Positions 16,999 through 24,336 of a stretch of 46,682 bases of DNA are shown here, piece by piece (the stretch's first letter is position 1; the number at the start of each line of letters is the position of its first letter). A program made the position numbers and the translations under genes. Origin of the DNA: an uncultured Methanosarcinales archaeon (GTDB taxonomy: Archaea > Nanobdellota > Nanobdellia > Woesearchaeales > SM23-78); contig CAYRRQ010000002.1 of NCBI GenBank assembly GCA_964426715.1, forward strand, positions 1 through 46,682. The letters are read 5' to 3'. The notes below the pieces were generated by a model. The model saw nothing but the letters and a program-made list of their open reading frames with translations, was not told the origin of the DNA and did no database searches.

Positions 16999-17753
16999 TG
17001 AGCAAATATCCAAAAACATTGCTTGAACTAAGAAGGGTTTCAAAGCATTTTGGAGGAGTAAAGGCTGTTAATAACTGCTCTTTTTATGTGAAGCAAGGTC
17101 TTATCACAGGGCTTATTGGTCCTAACGGCGCTGGCAAGACAACTGCTTTTAACCTGATAGCTGGCTTGCTAAAACCTGATAAGGGCAGGATAAGCTTTTT
17201 GAAACAGGACATCACAGGCAGGTCCGCTCATGTAATTACCAGGATGGGTCTTGCCAGGACTTTCCAGCATGTCAGGTTGTTTGACAACCTTAGCATTGAG
17301 GAGAACCTGTTAGTGGCTGTTGATCATCCTGGCGAAAAGTTTTTTAACTGCTTTTTTCACTCGAGGAAAAGTGGTTCTTATCACAAGAAGATTAAGGGTG
17401 TCCTGGCCTTGGTAGGCCTGAAAAAGCCTTTGAGCACCCTCGCTGCTGATTTGTCTTATGGCCAGAAGAGGCTCTTGGAATTGGCAAGGGCTCTTATGAT
17501 GGATTACAAATTATTAATGCTTGACGAGCCCACAGCAGGCGTGAACCCTCTTATAAGGAAAAGATTGAAGGCTTTGCTCAGAAAGCTCAGAGAGCAGGGC
17601 AAGACCATTTTGTTAATAGAGCACGACATGGATTTTGTTATGAGCTTGTCAGACGAGGTAATAGTGCTTGATGCTGGGAGAAAGCTTTTGGCTGACAAGC
17701 CCTCAAAGGCAAGGAAGGACAAGAGGGTATTGGAAGCATACCTGGGAAAATAA
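16995..17753 (+). CDS. livG: Branched-chain amino acid ABC transporter ATP-binding protein (LivG-type)
   Basis: Walker A 'GPNGAGKTT', signature 'LSYGQKRLLELA', Walker B 'LLMLDEP'. The start overlaps the livM stop. Confidence 0.9.
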   Translation: MMSKYPKTLLELRRVSKHFGGVKAVNNCSFYVKQGLITGLIGPNGAGKTTAFNLIAGLLKPDKGRISFLKQDITGRSAHVITRMGLARTFQHVRLFDNLSIEENLLVAVDHPGEKFFNCFFHSRKSGSYHKKIKGVLALVGLKKPLSTLAADLSYGQKRLLELARALMMDYKLLMLDEPTAGVNPLIRKRLKALLRKLREQGKTILLIEHDMDFVMSLSDEVIVLDAGRKLLADKPSKARKDKRVLEAYLGK

Positions 17754-17803
17754 TATTTGAAAAAATTTATAAAGTATAATAAATTATACAACTGTATAAT
17801 AAA

Positions 17804-18343
17804 ATGAACAACGAAGATAAGATACTTAAAGTAGTCTTTGAAAATCCATATGATGAGTTCCATATGAGGCTGCTGGCCAGGATGACAAAACTACATCCAA
17901 ACACAGTTATAAATATAACCGACTCTTTAGCAAAAAAAGGTTATGTTATTAAAAAAAAGGACAAACAAAAAAACATGGTCTTGGTTAAGGCCAATAATAA
18001 AAACTGGTTTTATAAAGTTAAAAAACAATATTTCAACATAAAAAAAATATACTCCAGCGGACTAATTGATTTCTTGAATGAGAAACTGGATTACCCCGCA
18101 ATAATATTGTTTGGCTCATATGCAAAAGCTGAAAACCATAAAGGAAGCGACATAGACCTTTTTATTGTGACATCCACAAAGAAAAGAATTGATTTGAGCA
18201 ATTATGAAAAAAAACTCGGCGCTGAAATACAATTGTTTGTTCATACAAGAAAAGAATTCAAGAAATTAATAAAAACCAACCCTGAATTAATAAACAATGT
18301 TATAAACGGATATAAGCTTTCAGGATTTCTGGAGATAGCATAA
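17804..18343 (+). CDS. wHTH-fused minimal nucleotidyltransferase (antitoxin-like)
   Basis: The N-terminal 'LLARMTKLHPNTVINITDSLAKKGYV' is wHTH-like. The NTase motif is 'IILFGSYAKAENHKGSDIDLFIV'. Confidence 0.75.
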   Translation: MNNEDKILKVVFENPYDEFHMRLLARMTKLHPNTVINITDSLAKKGYVIKKKDKQKNMVLVKANNKNWFYKVKKQYFNIKKIYSSGLIDFLNEKLDYPAIILFGSYAKAENHKGSDIDLFIVTSTKKRIDLSNYEKKLGAEIQLFVHTRKEFKKLIKTNPELINNVINGYKLSGFLEIA

Positions 18344-18759
18344 TGATATTTGAAGATTTTATAAAAGAAGAAAGAGTAATTATTGGAGAAAAAGACTTTC
18401 AAAAAGCAAAAGCGCTAATCAAAATGTCAAAGAAAAATTTTCAAACAGCAGAAAAACTTGAAATAGATAAGATTACAGCCTCAACAGTGTTGAGTATCCT
18501 ATACGAATCTTTAAGGGAAATAGTAGAAGCGATATGCTTAACAAAAGGGTACAAGGTTTGTTCTCATGAAGCGTTTACAGCCTATCTAAAGAAAATAAAT
18601 GAAGATAGCACCGCAGAGAAGTTTGACAGATTAAGAAAACTCAGGAATAGAGTTCACTACTACGGGAAACCAGTATCAACTGAAACTGCTGTTAATGCAA
18701 AACAAGAAGTAAAAAAATTAAATTACTATTTAACAGATAAGCATCTGAAAAATTTATAG
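18343..18759 (+). CDS. HEPN-domain protein (toxin-like partner of the NTase)
   Basis: Its first base is the last base of the 17804-18343 gene (ATAATG junction). Contains 'FDRLRKLRNRVHYYG' (R-x-H HEPN motif). Confidence 0.7.
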   Translation: MIFEDFIKEERVIIGEKDFQKAKALIKMSKKNFQTAEKLEIDKITASTVLSILYESLREIVEAICLTKGYKVCSHEAFTAYLKKINEDSTAEKFDRLRKLRNRVHYYGKPVSTETAVNAKQEVKKLNYYLTDKHLKNL

Positions 18760-18762
18760 AAA

Positions 18763-19470
18763 ATGATTTTGCAAATAAAGGATTTGGCAGCCGGATACGG
18801 CAAGTTCGCAGTACTGGAAGACGTGGAGATAAGAATTAAGCCTGATGAGATAGTGGCTCTTATTGGTCCTAACGGCGCAGGCAAGAGCACTGTGCTCAAG
18901 TCAGTTTTTGGCCTGACCACTGTTTACAAAGGCAAAATAATCTACAGGGGCAAGAACATTACCCGGCTTAAGACTAGCGAGCTGGTAAGACTTGGCATAA
19001 GCTATGTTCCCCAAGGCAGGCAGGTGTTCCCCTCCTTGACTGTGAGAGAAAACCTGGAGATGGGAGCGTTCATAACAAATGACAAAGTGCTTGTCAGGAA
19101 GAAGATGCACGAGGTTTTTGACCGGTTCCCTGTTCTTAAGGAGAAAATAAATGATTATGGTTTCAGCCTGAGCGGAGGGCAGCAGCAGATGCTGGCAATG
19201 GGAAGAGCCCTGATGCAGGACCCCCAGCTGTTGTTGCTGGACGAGCCCAGCCTGGGTTTAAGCCCCAACCTAATGAAAGACATATTTAAGAAGATTATAG
19301 AGATTAACAAGGAAGGAACAGGCGTGCTCATAGTAGAGCAGAACGCAAAGCAGGCCATGAAGATTGCTCACAGGACCTATGTGCTTGAGGACGGCAAGGT
19401 CGCATTTAAAGGCGGAAAGAACATTGTTAACAACCCCAAGATTAAGAGTATTTATCTGGGCGGGCGATGA
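18763..19470 (+). CDS. livF: Branched-chain amino acid ABC transporter ATP-binding protein (LivF-type)
   Basis: Walker A 'GPNGAGKST', signature 'LSGGQQQMLAMGRAL', Walker B 'LLLLDEPS'. It starts 3 nt after the HEPN stop. Confidence 0.9.
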   Translation: MILQIKDLAAGYGKFAVLEDVEIRIKPDEIVALIGPNGAGKSTVLKSVFGLTTVYKGKIIYRGKNITRLKTSELVRLGISYVPQGRQVFPSLTVRENLEMGAFITNDKVLVRKKMHEVFDRFPVLKEKINDYGFSLSGGQQQMLAMGRALMQDPQLLLLDEPSLGLSPNLMKDIFKKIIEINKEGTGVLIVEQNAKQAMKIAHRTYVLEDGKVAFKGGKNIVNNPKIKSIYLGGR

Positions 19471-19532
19471 GTAGTCATATAGTAAATATTATAAAACAAA
19501 CCTTATTTCTTATCTTTTTGGGGGGGGATTAT

Positions 19533-20657
19533 ATGTCAGATGAATACAACAAACTAACTGCTAAAAAACTATTAGGACTTGCTGATGTTAAGATTAACGG
19601 GGACAGGCCCTGGGATATTCAGGTTCATGATGAAAGGTTGTATCAAAGAGTTCTTAGCCAGGGCTCTTTAGGCCTTGGAGAAAGCTACATGGATGGCTGG
19701 TGGGATTCAAAGAATATTGACCAGCTCACCCAGCGAGTCTTAATGGCTGATTTAAAAGACAAAGTAAAAGGCATCCCAGTTCTAATTATTTTCTTAAAAG
19801 CAAAACTATCCAATCTCCAGAGAAAATCACGGGCTTATAATATTGGAGAAGCACATTATGATATTGGTAATGGCCTTTACACCAGAATGCTGGATAAAAG
19901 AATGAATTACAGCTGCGGTTATTGGAAAGATGCAAAAAACCTTGACCAAGCACAAGAGAACAAATTAGAACTTATATGCAAAAAACTTGGGTTAGAAAAA
20001 GGCATGAGCGTGCTTGATATTGGTTGCGGCTGGGGAGGATTTGTAAAGTACGCAGCAGAGAAGCATGGAGTAAAGGCTGTTGGGATAACTGTTTCTAAAG
20101 AGCAAGTTGATTATGCAAGAGAAGACTGCAAAGGATTGGATGTAAAAATAAAATTAGAGGATTATAGAAACCTAAAAGACAAGTTTGACAGAGTCGTTTC
20201 TGTTGGGATGATAGAGCATGTTGGCTATAAGAATTACAGGACTTTTATGAACGTAGTTGATAATTGCTTGAAAGATGATGGCTTGTTCTTATTACACACT
20301 ATTGGCGGCAATAAGAGCGGCGTTATTGGAGAGCCATGGATGCACAAATATATTTTCCCAGATGGAATGCTGCCATCACCAGTACAAATATCCAAGGCGA
20401 TTGAGGGCTTGTTCATGATTGAAGACTGGCATAACTTTGGAGCAGACTATGATAAAACCCTAATGGCTTGGCATGCTAATTTTAATAAAAACTGGCCTGA
20501 AATAAAAAAGAATCCAAAGTATGATGAAAGATTCTTTAGAATGTGGAATTATTATATATTAACATGTGCGGGGGGTTTCAGGGCAAGGCACAATCAGTTA
20601 TGGCAGATAGTGCTCTCAAAAAAAGGAGTTCCTGGCGGGCATGAGAGTGTTAGGTAG
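19533..20657 (+). CDS. cfa: Cyclopropane-fatty-acyl-phospholipid synthase family SAM methyltransferase
   Basis: Contains 'GSLGLGESYMDGWWD', 'AHYDIGNGLY', 'VLDIGCGWGG', 'SVGMIEHVG' and 'YILTCAGGFRAR'. The ATG at 19533 follows a GGGGGGG run. Confidence 0.85.
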   Translation: MSDEYNKLTAKKLLGLADVKINGDRPWDIQVHDERLYQRVLSQGSLGLGESYMDGWWDSKNIDQLTQRVLMADLKDKVKGIPVLIIFLKAKLSNLQRKSRAYNIGEAHYDIGNGLYTRMLDKRMNYSCGYWKDAKNLDQAQENKLELICKKLGLEKGMSVLDIGCGWGGFVKYAAEKHGVKAVGITVSKEQVDYAREDCKGLDVKIKLEDYRNLKDKFDRVVSVGMIEHVGYKNYRTFMNVVDNCLKDDGLFLLHTIGGNKSGVIGEPWMHKYIFPDGMLPSPVQISKAIEGLFMIEDWHNFGADYDKTLMAWHANFNKNWPEIKKNPKYDERFFRMWNYYILTCAGGFRARHNQLWQIVLSKKGVPGGHESVR

Positions 20658-21030
20658 CTAAATCTTCTGCTTTTTCCCATAGTTCATCAAATACTTGGTT
20701 AAAGGTTTGTGCAAATATTTTATCTTCTATTAAAAATCCTCTGGGTTTTTTACTTGTTATATATTGTGTGTAGAGTTTATTTCCTATTGTTCCCCATTCA
20801 GCATCCTTTTTTAAGTTCATGAATTTGATTGTTGTGTATTGGTTGGTTCTTTTCTTTGCTAGTTCTTTTTCCTCTAGTGGAAAAATCATTTTTGAGTTTA
20901 CTTTTTTCTCGAATCTTATTTTATGATGTTCTGTGTAAACCCCCACTAAGCGTTCATAGCTTTCTTTTTTTGCTGTGTACACTCTTTCTAGTTGTTCTGA
21001 ATTCATTTCCTGATTTATTTGGTGCCACAT
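20650..21030 (-). CDS. Hypothetical protein, possibly the 3' remnant of a TrmB-like regulator
   Basis: The same frame stays open ~130 nt upstream of the ATG, through an A9 run, with no alternative start. The C-terminal 'FAQTFNQVFDELWEKA' weakly resembles a TrmB C-terminal domain. Confidence 0.4.
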   Translation of the reverse strand: MWHQINQEMNSEQLERVYTAKKESYERLVGVYTEHHKIRFEKKVNSKMIFPLEEKELAKKRTNQYTTIKFMNLKKDAEWGTIGNKLYTQYITSKKPRGFLIEDKIFAQTFNQVFDELWEKAEDLAT

Positions 21031-21201
21031 GGCTTTTATTCCTGTTATTCCTTCAGAGTATTTGTAGTTTGAGTAAGGCTCTTTAGGCAGCTCGGCTTTT
21101 TTTAGGTTTCTTATTATTTCTGCTACTTCTTTTCTTTCTTGTTCTAGTTTTTTTTTGCTTTTCTAGAAAAAGCTCATTCAGGGTTTCTGGGGTTCTTTTT
21201 T

Positions 21202-22947
21202 CTAACTATAATACAACTTCCCAGATTTCTTCTGCTCCTCGTCTTTCTGGCTGCCCGGCTTATTTATTCTTGGCCTTTGGCTTTCTTCATCTCGCCTAAA
21301 GGTTAGTTCTATGTTTTTCAGGAAGTGGTTCATGCCCTCCTCCATTTTAAACGGGCCTGTGACTTGTCCTCTTATTGCAGGCTTTCCTTTAAAAACTATT
21401 AGTCTGTCAGATATGGTGTCTATGAATAATAAATCGTGGTCTACTATGAGCGCGCTCCTGCCTGTTATTTTTAACATGTCACGCACCACTTTTCCCAGGC
21501 TTAGTCTCTGCTCTACATCAAGATAAGCAGATGGTTCGTCCATAAGAATCAAATCAGAATCTTCACTCAGGCACCTGGCTATCCACACTCTTTGAAGCTC
21601 TCCTCCGCTGAGCTCGCTTAGTTTTTTTGTGAGCAAGCCTTTTAGCTCTAATGGCCTTATTAGCTGAGCATCATGTTTTTGAACTGCGGTTTGCAGGAAA
21701 GTTATTACTAGTTCATCGCTTTGCTTTAAGTATTGCGGCTTGTAGCTTATGTTCAACCCTTTTAATTCAGGGCCATTAATTTCGCCGGCTAGGGTTCTTA
21801 CAAAGGTTGTTTTTCCTATGCCGTTCTCTCCCAGGATTCCTATCATGTCGTGCCTGTAAACTGCTCCTTTGTTAGCATGGAGTTCAAAACTGCCTGCTTT
21901 CCCTTTAAAAGCCTGCCATTCTGTTAATAACTCCATTCTCTTGATATCCACAGGCGGCCTTGCCTCAAACCTTATCTCTTTATCCCTGAAACGAACATTC
22001 TCTTCTTTTAAATAACCCGACAAGTAGGTGTTAATACCTGCTTTTGCACTCTTGGGCGTGCTAGCCACTCCAAAGGCTTCTGGCTTTCCATACATCAGGT
22101 GGATGAGGTCTGCCATGTAGTCCAGGATTATGAGGTCGTGCTCAACCACCATGACTCCAGTGGTCTTGTCTGCCAGGCCTCTGATAAACCTGCTTATCTT
22201 GAGCCTCTGCTTGACATCCAGGTAGCTGGTTGGCTCGTCAAAAAAATAGACATCTGCTTTTTTCAGGACGCAAGCAGCAATCGCTACCCTCTGCAGCTCC
22301 CCGCCGCTAATCTTGCTTATGTCATGGTCAAGTATCTCTTTTAACTCAAGGACTTTGCTTATCTCGTCAAGTTTTTTTAATTCATCAACTTTTTGTAGCA
22401 AGCCCTTAACACTGCCTTTGTACTGCCTGGGTATCTGGTCTACTTGCTGGGGCTTGTAACTAACCCTGATTTTTCCTTTTTTCTGCTTTTCAAAGAAGCC
22501 CTGGGCTTCGCTGCCCTTAAAATAATCTATTAAATCATCATAAGACGCTTCTCTGCCTGTTTTGCCCAGGTTGGGCTTGTCCACGCCTGCAAGAATCTTT
22601 AATGCTGTGCTCTTTCCAATACCATTCCTACCTATGATTCCAACAACTTTATTATTTATTGGTATGGGCAGGTTGTAAAGCGCGAACCCGTTTTTTCCAT
22701 ACCTGTGAACAGGCTCTTTTTTTAATTCCTCTGGCAGGTTAACAACGTCAAGGGCCTTGAAAGGGCATTTCTTGACGCATATGCCGCAGCCAATACACAA
22801 GTCCTCGTCAATGCCTACCTTGCCGTCATCAGTCTTGATAATGCACTCCTCTCCCTTGCGGTTTACAGGGCACACTCTAGCACAAAGGTATCCTCCGCAT
22901 GCCTGCGGGTTGCACTTGTCCTTTTTTACTATGCATATTCTGCTCAT
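21202..22947 (-). CDS. ABCE1 / RNase L inhibitor-type ribosome recycling ATPase
   Basis: N-terminal Fe-S motifs 'CNPQACGGYLCARVCP' and 'CIGCGICVKKCP'. Two ABC domains ('GRNGIGKST', 'GENGIGKTT', two 'SGGELQRV'). Confidence 0.95.
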   Translation of the reverse strand: MSRICIVKKDKCNPQACGGYLCARVCPVNRKGEECIIKTDDGKVGIDEDLCIGCGICVKKCPFKALDVVNLPEELKKEPVHRYGKNGFALYNLPIPINNKVVGIIGRNGIGKSTALKILAGVDKPNLGKTGREASYDDLIDYFKGSEAQGFFEKQKKGKIRVSYKPQQVDQIPRQYKGSVKGLLQKVDELKKLDEISKVLELKEILDHDISKISGGELQRVAIAACVLKKADVYFFDEPTSYLDVKQRLKISRFIRGLADKTTGVMVVEHDLIILDYMADLIHLMYGKPEAFGVASTPKSAKAGINTYLSGYLKEENVRFRDKEIRFEARPPVDIKRMELLTEWQAFKGKAGSFELHANKGAVYRHDMIGILGENGIGKTTFVRTLAGEINGPELKGLNISYKPQYLKQSDELVITFLQTAVQKHDAQLIRPLELKGLLTKKLSELSGGELQRVWIARCLSEDSDLILMDEPSAYLDVEQRLSLGKVVRDMLKITGRSALIVDHDLLFIDTISDRLIVFKGKPAIRGQVTGPFKMEEGMNHFLKNIELTFRRDEESQRPRINKPGSQKDEEQKKSGKLYYS

Positions 22948-22964
22948 ATTCTTAGGAATACTGC

Positions 22965-23615
22965 TTATTTGTTTTTAAATCCTTTGTATAACATCCTGAA
23001 ATATTGCTCAGGTATGAACACGTATTTTTTTAGTTCTTTCATGGTTTTCTCTGTGTCGAGCAAGGCCCACTTGTCGCCGTGCCTGTGCTGCCAGGCTGCT
23101 TCTTTTACCAGGTATCCCCAGTCAAAAGTTTTTTCTTTTTTTACGATTGTAAGTATGTCTTCGAGGTCTTTGTCTCTTTCAGTTATTGCTTTTAGGAATA
23201 CTATGTGTTCTTTTCTTAACACCTTGACAACCAAGTTTTTGTTTTCTTTGAACTCATGAACTGCGTAGAGGTCTTCCTGCATTTTAGGGCTTATCAAGGT
23301 TTTGAAGATTTGCTTTACAAAAAGGTCAAACCTGGCTTCTTCTCTGTTGTACATTACAGGCCTGTTTTTTTCTCTTAGCTTCTCAGGAATAAATATCCTT
23401 ATTGGGTCTGACTTTTCAAACCCAAGCTTTTCTATTGCTTTTACAAATTCCTGTCTGTCCTCTTCTTTTTCAAACAACAAGTCTATGTCTTTGGTCTCGT
23501 CATTGTAGCCGTAGAACATCATGGCTGTGCCTCCAAAAGCATAGCACTCAATATCTTTGGAAAGGTTCTTTGCGATTAGTCTGAACAGGTCTAATTGGTC
23601 TTTTGCTGTTATCAT
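22965..23615 (-). CDS. Putative nucleotidyltransferase (AbiEii/DUF6036-like toxin candidate)
   Basis: Motif 'CYAFGGTAMMFYGYNDETKDIDLLF'. The start overlaps the stop of the upstream HTH gene (TAATG). Confidence 0.55.
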   Translation of the reverse strand: MITAKDQLDLFRLIAKNLSKDIECYAFGGTAMMFYGYNDETKDIDLLFEKEEDRQEFVKAIEKLGFEKSDPIRIFIPEKLREKNRPVMYNREEARFDLFVKQIFKTLISPKMQEDLYAVHEFKENKNLVVKVLRKEHIVFLKAITERDKDLEDILTIVKKEKTFDWGYLVKEAAWQHRHGDKWALLDTEKTMKELKKYVFIPEQYFRMLYKGFKNK

Positions 23616-24226
23616 TAAGCCACCTCTATAAGGTCTTTCTTATTAAAAGGTATGTATACATGCCATTTTCCCTGGATTTCTGGAAAGTTATTCCTGTTTT
23701 TTAGCGTACTTATCTTTTTCCATTTATACTTCTCTTTTTTTCTTCTTTGATACTTCTGCGGCATCTTTCTCACCTTGAAGTGCATTCTTGCCAGGTCGTA
23801 TAGTGCGCCGACTTTTTGCCAGCAATCCTGTTCTTTTGCCAGTTTGTATAGTCTGGGCCAGTTTGTTATGTGGTTAAAGAGCCTGAGGCTTGCTAGGATT
23901 GCCCTGAAGCTACGGGTTTGTATTGCGTCTATGAGTGCTTCCTCTGGCCCGTATCTGCCGTGCACCTGGTGATCGTACCACGGGTTAAGTTTCATTGGTG
24001 AGTGCTTGTTTATTATGTCGAACATGCCGCGTTTCCGAGGCCTCTGTTTTCTCGCGGTTATCTTGTAAAGCCTTTTCTTCCTGCCTCCCCCGCTGGTTGT
24101 GACATGGCCTTGTTTTTTCAGCTTGCTGACCAGGTTGAGGGCTGATTGGCGCGTTATGCCCAGGGCTTCTGCTATTGTCTCTATTGTGTGCAGGCCTTCA
24201 AGTTTTAAGAGTGCTTCGTTGTCCAT
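23615..24226 (-). CDS. wHTH transcriptional regulator (AbiEi-like antitoxin candidate)
   Basis: N-terminal 'IETIAEALGITRQSALNLVSKLKKQGHVTTSGGG', plus a ~130-aa C-terminal domain. Confidence 0.55.
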   Translation of the reverse strand: MDNEALLKLEGLHTIETIAEALGITRQSALNLVSKLKKQGHVTTSGGGRKKRLYKITARKQRPRKRGMFDIINKHSPMKLNPWYDHQVHGRYGPEEALIDAIQTRSFRAILASLRLFNHITNWPRLYKLAKEQDCWQKVGALYDLARMHFKVRKMPQKYQRRKKEKYKWKKISTLKNRNNFPEIQGKWHVYIPFNKKDLIEVA

Positions 24227-24250
24227 AATAATATTATCTATATTAACTAA

Positions 24251-24258
24251 TATATAAA
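24251..24258 (-). promoter_or_regulatory. TATA box (TTTATATA on minus strand) for the HTH/NTase pair; spacing implies a leaderless mRNA
   Basis: The box is centred ~27 nt upstream of the ATG at 24226. Confidence 0.4.
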
Positions 24259-24305
24259 TTTTTCTATTTTTAAGTTAGGTTAAATATTTTTTTGTTACAA
24301 TTAAC

Positions 24306-24313
24306 TATATAAA
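24306..24313 (+). promoter_or_regulatory. TATA box (TATATAAA) for polB; spacing implies a leaderless mRNA
   Basis: The box is centred ~27 nt upstream of the ATG at 24337, with no SD between them. Confidence 0.4.
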
Positions 24314-24336
24314 CCTGACTGAATTATTATAAGCAC

